Origin: Kofleriaceae bacterium | GTDB taxonomy: Bacteria; Myxococcota_A; Polyangia; Haliangiales; Haliangiaceae | Length of the DNA stretch: 64,000 nt | Assembly (NCBI GenBank): GCA_965215005.1 | Contig: CBDCCZ010000011.1 | Span: 49,652-113,651, forward strand | Direction of reading: 5' to 3' | In this document: piece by piece, positions 1-7,818 of the stretch | Layout: each line of letters begins with the position of its first letter | Position numbering within the stretch: the stretch's first letter is position 1 | Notes under the pieces: generated by a model | What the model was told of the DNA's origin: nothing | The model's database searches: none | What the model saw: the letters and a program-made list of their open reading frames with translations, nothing else | Program-made: the position numbers and the translations under genes

Positions 1-2
1 CC

Positions 3-464
3 AGCGAGCCGGCGCTCGAGCTCCTGGTGAACATGGCGCTGGCCGAGACTCGGCTTCGTCGCTGGGACGCGGCACGAGCGCACCTCGAGGAGGCACGAGA
101 CGGCGTGGCTACTGCCCTGGGCGAGACTCACGTCAACTACGCATTGGTGCTCGCGGCGCTCGCGGAGGTCGACCTTGGGGTGAATCAGCCGGCGCGGGCG
201 CTAAAGACCGCGGCGCGGGCGATGGAGCTCGCGGAGCAACAGCCGGACGCCACGCCGCTTCAGCTGGCAACAATCAAACTATCGCTGGCGCGTGCATCGT
301 GGGCGCGAGGAGAGCGGCAGCGGGCAACCGCTCTGGCTGATTCAGCAGGCGCAGCCATCGCCACGGATAGATCGCTCGATGGAAAGCGCCTGCGTGAGCG
401 CATCGATTCTTGGCGACTCCTAACGGTGGCGAGCTCGCGGCGGGCATCCGCGGCTGCGCGCTGA
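3..464 (+). CDS. C-terminal part of a TPR-repeat protein (5' truncated by the window edge; possibly a Ser/Thr kinase-TPR protein)
   Basis: Frame is open to the window start; TPR-like helical repeats (ARAHLEEARD...ALGETHVNYALVL, ARALKTAARAMEL). Confidence 0.7.
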   Translation, partial: SEPALELLVNMALAETRLRRWDAARAHLEEARDGVATALGETHVNYALVLAALAEVDLGVNQPARALKTAARAMELAEQQPDATPLQLATIKLSLARASWARGERQRATALADSAGAAIATDRSLDGKRLRERIDSWRLLTVASSRRASAAAR

Positions 465-485
465 AGCAGGCAACCGAGACCCGCT

Positions 486-1043
486 TTAAATCGCCGCCGG
501 GGCGTTGCGGGTATCGCACGCGAAGAATAATACGAGCGTGGCACCACGGCGCCGCTGGAGCATCGCCGGGCCGAGGAATAGCCCATCGGCGACTTCGCGT
601 AACTCATCGCGAATGCCGCGGATGAAGCGAGGGTTCCGAGGATCGTCGTAATCGAGCAAAATGCACGGACGAGCATCGAGCACCGAAGGCTCGATGCGAG
701 TGGCGAATGGAAACCATTGGTGCTGGCCCATGAGGCGCACGCGATTGATTCCAGATCCGGCGGCCTCGTCACTTGCGTCGAAGCGTTTGCCCGCCCACGG
801 AAACCAAGAGGTGGTCACGACGCGACGTAGGAACGCGGCAGCTCTTCCTGAGCCGGTGGCGCGAATCGCGAGCACTCGGCAGCGCGGGCTACCATCGAGC
901 GCGTGCAAGCTCGTCGGCACTCCGCCGCTTGTGTAGAGCGCGCGCAGCTCATCTAGCGTGCGAGTTGAGAGCTCTTCCAGCGTGAGCTCCCTTGCGGGCG
1001 CAGCGGCAACATCGTAAGCACGAACAGCAGTCTCGAGGTTCAT
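486..1043 (-). CDS. Conserved hypothetical protein, likely co-transcribed with TetR
   Basis: Globular-looking sequence (WAGKRF, GINRV, LLDYD..NP..IR.IRDELREV..GLFLG); AAGGA RBS before ATG at 1043. Confidence 0.75.
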   Translation of the reverse strand: MNLETAVRAYDVAAAPARELTLEELSTRTLDELRALYTSGGVPTSLHALDGSPRCRVLAIRATGSGRAAAFLRRVVTTSWFPWAGKRFDASDEAAGSGINRVRLMGQHQWFPFATRIEPSVLDARPCILLDYDDPRNPRFIRGIRDELREVADGLFLGPAMLQRRRGATLVLFFACDTRNAPAAI

Positions 1044-1085
1044 CGGTTGGTTCCTTTGCGGGAGATGGCTCATCGGGTAGGGGCG

Positions 1086-1667
1086 TTAGGCGGTAATAGC
1101 GTTCCAGCACGCCTCTTCGGCCGCCGTAACGGTTGCGGCATCGAGCGTGAGGTAACCGAGTCGACTTGCCTTTACGAGTCCGACAAATGCGCCCCACACC
1201 AATGCCAGCGTCGTCTCGACGGCCAACGGCTGCGGCATGCCGCGCTCATGGGCGCTGCGGAGCACGTCGATCAGGCGCAGCAGCGAGCGCAGCTCGAGAG
1301 CTCGACTTTCTGCGTCTAGATAGCTGGCGTGGTGATGGAGCTCGAGGAAATCGAACGAGAAAGGTGCGTCTTGGGCATGCTCGGCGAGAGCGGTCCATAG
1401 GCAGCGGAACTGGATGCGGGGCGCATCCGAGGGACGAATGCCAGCGAGCAATCGGTCGATGAGCGCGGTTTTACAGCTCCGGTATAGGTGATTTACCAGC
1501 TCGTCTTTGCTGGCGAAGTGCCTATAGACGGTACCGGAGGCGACGCCGGCGCCGCGGGCAATGTCAGGAACCGCGGTGCCGTGGAAGCCGCGCTCGGCGA
1601 ACAGCGTCAGCGCAGCCGCCAGGAGCGCGCTCCTCGTGTCCTTCGGCGGAGCAGAGTGAACGTTCAT
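1086..1667 (-). CDS. TetR/AcrR family transcriptional regulator
   Basis: N-terminal HTH: AALTLFAERGFHGTAVPDIARGAGVASGTVYRHFASKDEL. Confidence 0.95.
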   Translation of the reverse strand: MNVHSAPPKDTRSALLAAALTLFAERGFHGTAVPDIARGAGVASGTVYRHFASKDELVNHLYRSCKTALIDRLLAGIRPSDAPRIQFRCLWTALAEHAQDAPFSFDFLELHHHASYLDAESRALELRSLLRLIDVLRSAHERGMPQPLAVETTLALVWGAFVGLVKASRLGYLTLDAATVTAAEEACWNAITA

Positions 1668-1726
1668 TCACTGGTTGATACCCCTCGGGCCGAGAGGAAT
1701 CAAGAGAAATGTGAATGTTCGTTCGC
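1655..1726. promoter_or_regulatory. Two putative TetR operators flanking a sigma70-like promoter
   Basis: GTGAACGTTCATTCAC (1656-1671, overlaps the ATG) and GTGAATGTTCGTTCGC (1711-1726); minus strand TTGATT-N17-TATCAA ends 7 nt before the ATG. Confidence 0.65.
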
Positions 1727-1743
1727 GGGAGTGCTTTTGCCGG

Positions 1744-2223
1744 TTAGCGCCAGGCGGTGGTAGCGATGGGCTCTTGGAGCGGCCCATCGAAGGTGAGCTT
1801 ATTGCCCGCTGCGGGAAGTCGCGACGGCGCGATGGCCAACTCACCGTCGCGAGTCGTGACCCTCAGGTCGCGCCACTCGCAGAAGCCAACAGCCTCACCG
1901 TCGACCGCGTAGGGCTCGTACTGCCATTGCATCACTTCGCCGACGACCGCCTCGTCAACCGCCGCTTCTCCGGTGCGGTTGGTCATCACCACGCTGAACG
2001 GCTGCCCATCTGGCGTTGCGCAGACGTGAACGACAACCTCTTCGTCGAGCTCCCGCTGCGAGTCGAGCTCTACGGCAACGGCGTCGTCGCCGCGGGCTAG
2101 CTCCGCATCGGCCACCTCGGGAAGCTCGACTCCGAGCTCTACGCGTGGCGTAGAATCTTGCGCCGCCGCGCCACTACAAGCCGCTGCCGGAAGAACCATC
2201 GTCCATAGCCATGATCGTTTCAT
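1744..2223 (-). CDS. Putative lipoprotein with a TonB C-terminal-like domain
   Basis: Lipobox-like AAACSG; VHVCATPDG...TGEAAVDEAVV..VMQWQYEPYAVDGEAV resembles TonB_C; AGGAG RBS. Confidence 0.65.
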   Translation of the reverse strand: MKRSWLWTMVLPAAACSGAAAQDSTPRVELGVELPEVADAELARGDDAVAVELDSQRELDEEVVVHVCATPDGQPFSVVMTNRTGEAAVDEAVVGEVMQWQYEPYAVDGEAVGFCEWRDLRVTTRDGELAIAPSRLPAAGNKLTFDGPLQEPIATTAWR

Positions 2224-2248
2224 CGTCGTGTCTCCTACGCCGATACTT

Positions 2249-2265
2249 TGCAGACGACGTGCCGA
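2249..2265 (-). promoter_or_regulatory. Putative sigma54 (-24/-12) promoter
   Basis: Minus strand TCGGCACGTCGTCTGCA: GG-N10-GC with GGCACG core, about 25 nt upstream of the ATG at 2223. Confidence 0.55.
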
Positions 2266-2278
2266 GTCAGCGGCAGCG

Positions 2279-2322
2279 AGAAGTGCGTCTACACGCCGAA
2301 AGAAGTACGTCTACACGCCGAA
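2279..2322. repeat. 22-bp tandem direct repeat, 2 copies, 1 mismatch
   Basis: AGAAGTGCGTCTACACGCCGAA / AGAAGTACGTCTACACGCCGAA. Confidence 0.9.
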
Positions 2323-2413
2323 ACCACAACGCGCGCTGTGAACCATTGCTCCAGCGCGCGTGCACCACCTGTGGCGGCGAGTCGTAGTCGCACGAATGCG
2401 GCTCGATAAGACG

Positions 2414-3142
2414 TCAGCTCTTTACGAGAAACGGAATGTCGATGTTGCCAAAGACCTCGTCGGTGCGTGCGTCGACCAGCTGGGCGCGAAACTGCACCTC
2501 ATCGATGTCCGCCGGTATCTTCTCGAAATACAAATAACCTTCTACAGTCCCACCCGCGTCGAGCACACCCTCAGGTAGGGCCTTGCGTACCATCTCGCGC
2601 GTCGGCATCGGCACCTGCAACGTTCCCCAGTAGGGATAGTATCTCTCGTAGTACCCGCCGTTGTAAGGGTAGCGGGCGTCGAGTGCGCTGTAGGCGGGAA
2701 CCGAGGGATAGGTGGTGGCGTAGTAAGGACTCACCCAGAAGCCCTGGTGGAAAAAATCGGGCTCGACCACCCCGTCGGCATAGCTCGCAACAGGGGTGTC
2801 GACATCGCCATCGATGGCGTATAGAGGCAGTGCAGCAAACGAGTTACCGCCGCGATCGTGCAGGTGAAAGCGGCTGTAGTCGAGTCTCACTGGCTTGTCG
2901 CTCCGATTGGTGATTTTCACCTTCATCGGCGTGACGTGATCCCGAATATCGGAGTTGCCTTCCCACGCGGAGGTCGTCGCGACAACTTGAACGTCCTTGG
3001 CACTACTAACAACCTTATCGTCGTCAACCGTGTTGGCAGCTGGTGCTGGCTCTAGGGTCGCTTGTCGGGAGCCGCATCCGAGTGCGAGTGACGTCGTCGC
3101 GGCCGCCATCATCGTCCAGTGTAGTGGTTTCAGCACAGTCAC
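2414..3142 (-). CDS. Hypothetical lipoprotein (Tyr-rich central segment)
   Basis: GGGAG RBS before GTG at 3142; lipobox LALGC; C-terminus ALPEGVLDAGGTVEGYLYFE typical of an exported beta-sandwich domain. Confidence 0.75.
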   Translation of the reverse strand: MTVLKPLHWTMMAAATTSLALGCGSRQATLEPAPAANTVDDDKVVSSAKDVQVVATTSAWEGNSDIRDHVTPMKVKITNRSDKPVRLDYSRFHLHDRGGNSFAALPLYAIDGDVDTPVASYADGVVEPDFFHQGFWVSPYYATTYPSVPAYSALDARYPYNGGYYERYYPYWGTLQVPMPTREMVRKALPEGVLDAGGTVEGYLYFEKIPADIDEVQFRAQLVDARTDEVFGNIDIPFLVKS

Positions 3143-3185
3143 CTGCTCCCTTCCAGTTCCTTGATTGCATACCGCTAAACGCTCA

Positions 3186-3896
3186 TCACGGCGTGATAGC
3201 GATCTCGCGGCCATCATCGGTTGTATAAATGTAGTAGTCAGCGCGATCATCGCGCTCGCGCTGCGGCGGAACGTAGAGCATGTAACCTTGAGGTACGACC
3301 GGAGCTGGTACCCTCGTCCAGGCAGACGCTGCACCAGTGGGATAGGCCGCCGAGTCGAGCGGGGCGGCGCCGCGAGCGGCCTCGAGGGACTCGCTATCCG
3401 TGGCTCGGATGCTCGGCTCGGTTCCTACGCGATCGATCAGCTGCCCATTTGCGATACCAGGCTGAGTTCCCAGACGGTCATTGCCTTCTACGACGTTGGG
3501 CTCAGTGCCAACGCGGTCAAAGAGTTGTCCGTTTGCGACGCCCGGCGTGGCGCCGACGGGATCGAGCTGTCGCGCCACCCCCGGCTCACCGCCCATGCCG
3601 TTGACCCGCCCGTTCGCGACGCCTGGGGTAGCGCCTAACCGGTTATCTGCTGAGCCCGGGGCGTTGGTGGCACCTCGAGCGGCCGCACCAGCACCCGCTG
3701 TCGTCGCACTGGTCGCGCCGGTGGTGGCGCCAGCGCTCGGTGTCCCAACGCCGGTCGCTGCGGGCGGCCGAGCCGCGGGCGTTGCTCCGCTCGTGCCGGT
3801 CGAGCCTGGGCTGGGGGCGCTCTGACAGCTCCCCGCGCACCCTGAAAGCGCGAGAGCCAGGGCCCCGAAGATTGCGGCATTTGCGGCTCGATTCAT
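3186..3896 (-). CDS. Hypothetical lipoprotein with internal 13-14 aa repeats
   Basis: AGGAGG RBS before ATG at 3896; lipobox LSGC; Ala/Thr/Gly linker; repeats DR[LV]G[AT][TEQ]P. Confidence 0.75.
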   Translation of the reverse strand: MNRAANAAIFGALALALSGCAGSCQSAPSPGSTGTSGATPAARPPAATGVGTPSAGATTGATSATTAGAGAAARGATNAPGSADNRLGATPGVANGRVNGMGGEPGVARQLDPVGATPGVANGQLFDRVGTEPNVVEGNDRLGTQPGIANGQLIDRVGTEPSIRATDSESLEAARGAAPLDSAAYPTGAASAWTRVPAPVVPQGYMLYVPPQRERDDRADYYIYTTDDGREIAITP

Positions 3897-3924
3897 GTCA
3901 TTCCTCCTACGAGCCTCGTGGTAT

Positions 3925-3941
3925 TGCGAATGACATGCCAC
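3925..3941 (-). promoter_or_regulatory. Putative sigma54 promoter
   Basis: Minus strand GTGGCATGTCATTCGCA (GG-N10-GC), about 30 nt before the ATG at 3896. Confidence 0.5.
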
Positions 3942-3968
3942 CAGCCACGCTGGTGCCGTGACAGCCAG

Positions 3969-6005
3969 CTAAGGCTGCGGAACCAGGACTCGGCTACCGC
4001 GTGGCGGCATCGTCATGCGCAGTGTGGCGTCTGCGCTCACCGTGAAGGTTCCCCCGCCGCCGGGGCTCACGTCGAGCAGCACAGTTCCGGGCGAAAAGGA
4101 CGTTCGCATGCACCCGCTGGGCAGCGAGCAAGTCTCACTGGGTGCGTCAGAGGCGTTGATTACCACGAGTAGCCGCTGCTCTTCGCTGCTGCGTTCGAAG
4201 GCAAAGATGCCATGGTCGGCCTCGCCGACGGCAGCATCGGTGGCCCAGCGAATGGTCACCTTGCCCCGACGCAGTGCCGTGAGCTCTTTGCGCATTTGAA
4301 TGAGTGCTTGTACGTATGCGAAGAAGTCATGGCTGGTGTCAAAGGCTGAGAATCCCCGACGAGGATTCCCACGCCACAGATCTTCGCGATTGGCGGGATC
4401 GACACCGCCAGCGAACAGCTGCTCGGTACCATAGTAGAGGCAGGGAATGCCGTCCCAGGTCATCAAGAAGAAAAGCGCATTCTTCAGCGCTTCTACATCG
4501 TCTTTCTCGAATAGGAATCGCGGGAGGTCGTGATTATCGAGGAACGTCACGAGCGTCTGCTGGGGCGCCAAGCCAGTACCGCCTTCTGCCGAGGCTGCAT
4601 GCGGCTCCGACTCGTAGGTCGGGCCGCGAGGATAGCCGTTGTCGGCGCACCAGGTATCCGGCGGCGCGATGCCCATACGTGAGTAGTAGAGACAAGCGAG
4701 GTTTTTCGTCGGCGCGTCATCCATGAAGACCGGGTTGATCCCGCGATATTTTTGGCTGAAATAGAACACGCCATCAAAGCGCCCAAAGCGGCCTCGTTCG
4801 TCCTGTCCCGCCATCGTGTAAGCCCCGAGGAGCTCGTCGTTGCCGTCGAACGCTTCGCCGAACATGAAGAAGTTGTGCTTGCCACGAGCGGCAGCGAACT
4901 CGCGGATCCGCGTGGTGAAGTCGCCCCAGAAGCCGCGTACGTTGGGGTTGATCTCCGGCCGATCGATATGCTTGGCGGTATCGATCCGAAAGCCGTCGAA
5001 GTCGGCAACCTCGATCCAATAGGCGAATATCCGAAAGAGTGCGTCTTGCACGTCCGGATTGTCTGTATTGAGGTCCTTGAGGCCGCCGGGGAAGTCGCCG
5101 TATACTTCCTGTTCACGCACGAATTCGCGCGAGTAGGAACTCTCACGCCACCACACATAGACCCGGCCGCGGCGGTTGTACCAAGCAGGATCATCAAACC
5201 AGGCTTTCTCACTGGGCCAATCGAACCAATCCGGCGGGCGCGGCGGCACGACGCGGTTCTGTTCTGGCCAATTGGGAAATCGGATCGGTGCTGGGCCGGA
5301 GAATCCGAGGCTGGTCCATGCTTGGATACCGCGGGGGTCGTACTCGGGATCCCACTCGATGATGCGCTCGAGGTAATCGGCGCCTTCGCGACAGTAGGTT
5401 TGCTCGTCTTCGCTGCACGCATTGGGCGTTTGATCGCAAATCTGCACGCATGTATGGCTGCGACCGCCGCCCTGCAGCCAGTCATCCGGTTGGCCATTGC
5501 CGTTGATGTCGTAATAGAACAGCTGGCCAACGTGGTTGGTGACGACATCGAGCAGCACCAGCATTCCGCGGGCGTGGGCTTCATCCACCAACTCGCGCAG
5601 CTCAAGCAAGCTTCCAAAGTGAGGATTGGTGCGCAAAAAGTCTTGTGTCCAATATCCGTGATAGGAGGCGAAGCCGGCGTCCTCTTCGGTGTTCTTGACG
5701 ACTGGACTGATCCATAGTGCGGTCACTCCCAACGCTTCGAGGTAGTCGAGCTGATCGATGATGCCCTGCCAATCACCTCCGTGATAGCGACCGGGTATCG
5801 AGGGCTCGACGTTGTAGTCGTTGTTGGGATTGCCGTTGGAAAACCTGTCTACGACGATCTGATAGATGACCTGGTCACGCCAGTCGACGTCCTGGTTCGC
5901 TTGCGCCGGTCTATCCTTGGGATGCTCTAGCTCAGTGGCGCCGCCGCAGGCCGCGGCAGCACCGGCAATGCATGCGAAGACAATGAAAAGATAGATGGGG
6001 CGCAT
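3969..6005 (-). CDS. GH13 alpha-amylase family lipoprotein
   Basis: VIYQIVVDRF, YHGGDWQG, YHGYW, DVVTNH, catalytic GFRIDTAKH / FGEAFD / FLDNHD, GIPCLYYG; lipobox AAAC. Confidence 0.95.
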   Translation of the reverse strand: MRPIYLFIVFACIAGAAAACGGATELEHPKDRPAQANQDVDWRDQVIYQIVVDRFSNGNPNNDYNVEPSIPGRYHGGDWQGIIDQLDYLEALGVTALWISPVVKNTEEDAGFASYHGYWTQDFLRTNPHFGSLLELRELVDEAHARGMLVLLDVVTNHVGQLFYYDINGNGQPDDWLQGGGRSHTCVQICDQTPNACSEDEQTYCREGADYLERIIEWDPEYDPRGIQAWTSLGFSGPAPIRFPNWPEQNRVVPPRPPDWFDWPSEKAWFDDPAWYNRRGRVYVWWRESSYSREFVREQEVYGDFPGGLKDLNTDNPDVQDALFRIFAYWIEVADFDGFRIDTAKHIDRPEINPNVRGFWGDFTTRIREFAAARGKHNFFMFGEAFDGNDELLGAYTMAGQDERGRFGRFDGVFYFSQKYRGINPVFMDDAPTKNLACLYYSRMGIAPPDTWCADNGYPRGPTYESEPHAASAEGGTGLAPQQTLVTFLDNHDLPRFLFEKDDVEALKNALFFLMTWDGIPCLYYGTEQLFAGGVDPANREDLWRGNPRRGFSAFDTSHDFFAYVQALIQMRKELTALRRGKVTIRWATDAAVGEADHGIFAFERSSEEQRLLVVINASDAPSETCSLPSGCMRTSFSPGTVLLDVSPGGGGTFTVSADATLRMTMPPRGSRVLVPQP

Positions 6006-6014
6006 CGAAGTCTC

Positions 6015-7532
6015 CTAACGATAGGTAGAATTGAACCACCACTCAGCTTGCACGCCGAGGTAGTGCCTCCAGGTATCGAGTCGCCGGGGGTCGCCGAGTG
6101 GATAAAGGTCACGCGCGCCGTCGTTGAGATGAGCCGCACGGTAGACGAGACGGAACTGTGGCCGCGCGTAGCCCCCTACTCCAAAGGGCGAATAAATCGC
6201 CATCGGCGCAACCTGCCACAACTTCGGGTCGAGCGCCACGCCCGCCGTAGACGAGAACCCGCGCGGAAACCTCGCTTGGTAACTCACATCCACAGCCGCG
6301 AGCCAGGTGGGTGTAATAGCCAGCTGCGGCCGCACGTCGAGGATGTACTCCCAGCCATCGTCGCGGTCGGTGGCGTCCGGATCGGCATCTTCGAACCGGC
6401 GTGAGTAGCCGCCCCAGAGCACGGAGAAGTGCGGCACCTCGAGATTTCCCGCGACTGCAAACATCAGCTCGGAAGCATCGGAGACCATCAACAGGGGACT
6501 TACATCCACTGGCGGCGCGAGCTCATCGAACGCGGCGAGACCACGTGAGTAGCGAGCAAACACATTTACGTGGCTGCGTCCCGGCGCAAATCCCCATGCA
6601 CCCACTTGCGCGCCGACCGTCCAGCCGACCTCGCTCGGGAGAGATTCGATCGTGTCGTCGGTGCGGAGCCGCTCTCCACTTGGCAGCGCCTGCACCTCCG
6701 CATACCCCTTCAGCTTGATCGCCGGTCCTTGTGCAGGTCCCCAAACTCGATAGCTGGCCTTGGCGCTGCTCAGCAGTCGCTGGCGATCGAGCTGCGTGAC
6801 CGTCGCCGAGCCGAGCTCCTGATCGGCGACGACTCGCTGTTGGAACTGATACGGATCAAGCAGGCGATTGGCACCGACGTGAATGGCTGCATCGAGCCGG
6901 TTCTCGCGGAACCAGGCGCCGATTCCAACTGTGTTGAGATCGTCGAGCGGCCAGTAGTCCAATAGGTAGATATCGTCTCCGCGATACATGCGTGAGCCGA
7001 TCCAGAGGCCAAGCCGATCTCGCACAGTTGCCTCGGCATATAGATTGCGCAGCGCCGGCTGTGCGGTGAACTCGCCGGTGTAGTGGAATAAAGAATTGGC
7101 AAACGCCAAGGTGACGACGGTTTGCACCGAGACGTCGCCGGGCGCGCGCATCCGGTAGTAAAGGTCGAACTCGAGGTAGGTCGGCTTTGTGATGCGCGAC
7201 CCATGTGCGACCACCTCGAGCTGCTGCGGCGTCGAGCCGCGCAGGTCAGTGGCTGCGTCGACTCGACCATACGAGCCGAAGCCAAACCCAAGTGGCGCCT
7301 GCGGCGTCGGGTCGAGCGACGTTGGGGCCGCCGCTGGCTCGGCAGCTCGCGCGGGCGCAGGCGCTGCGGGCGCAGGCGGCGCAGGCGGCGCAGGCGGCGC
7401 AGGCGGCGCAGGCGCGTCAGCCAACGGCATCGGCGGCAGCTGTTCCTCAGGCGGTTCCGCGCCGGGTTGGGCTATGGCAGGGCCAGCAGCTGCGGCCAAG
7501 CACAGCATCCAGATCACGGCGTTACGAGCCAT
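6015..7532 (-). CDS. Carbohydrate porin (LamB/maltoporin-like)
   Basis: Signal peptide, Pro/Ala linker, FGSYGR, WIGSRMYRGDDIYLLDYWPLD, C-terminal GVQAEWWF; adjacent to the amylase. Confidence 0.85.
   Translation of the reverse strand: MARNAVIWMLCLAAAAGPAIAQPGAEPPEEQLPPMPLADAPAPPAPPAPPAPPAPAAPAPARAAEPAAAPTSLDPTPQAPLGFGFGSYGRVDAATDLRGSTPQQLEVVAHGSRITKPTYLEFDLYYRMRAPGDVSVQTVVTLAFANSLFHYTGEFTAQPALRNLYAEATVRDRLGLWIGSRMYRGDDIYLLDYWPLDDLNTVGIGAWFRENRLDAAIHVGANRLLDPYQFQQRVVADQELGSATVTQLDRQRLLSSAKASYRVWGPAQGPAIKLKGYAEVQALPSGERLRTDDTIESLPSEVGWTVGAQVGAWGFAPGRSHVNVFARYSRGLAAFDELAPPVDVSPLLMVSDASELMFAVAGNLEVPHFSVLWGGYSRRFEDADPDATDRDDGWEYILDVRPQLAITPTWLAAVDVSYQARFPRGFSSTAGVALDPKLWQVAPMAIYSPFGVGGYARPQFRLVYRAAHLNDGARDLYPLGDPRRLDTWRHYLGVQAEWWFNSTYR
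7369..7413. repeat. 9-bp tandem repeat x5 (GGCGCAGGC) encoding a Pro/Ala linker
   Basis: Five perfect copies inside the porin N-terminus. Confidence 0.9.
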
Positions 7533-7818
7533 TCTGCAGCCTCGACAGCATGATCCGTGCCTTCTCCCTACACCGCGAAGACCACAGCTCCTTTCTTCGA
7601 GCTCGCGCTGAGCAGCGTTGCATTCGGCAACGGTTCGGGCGCGCGGACGTCGAGCATAGCAACTGCGCTCTGCCGCCGCTGGTCAAGGTGCACGTTCAGG
7701 TCGCCAACGCTACGTTTGGCAACATTTGATGTGCTGCGTTGCGTCACGCGCCGCGGCTCGTGTGCGTGTTCCGCGCAAATCGTGCCCGCGCATTTGTCAT
7801 CATCTTTCCCTACGGAGG

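Noticed and set aside
2279..2322. Possible mini-CRISPR
   Set aside because: Only two abutting copies, with no spacer and no cas genes.
7771..7790. GG-N10-GC motif upstream of the porin gene
   Set aside because: The -12 element is poor and it lies far from the start; such matches are common at this GC content.
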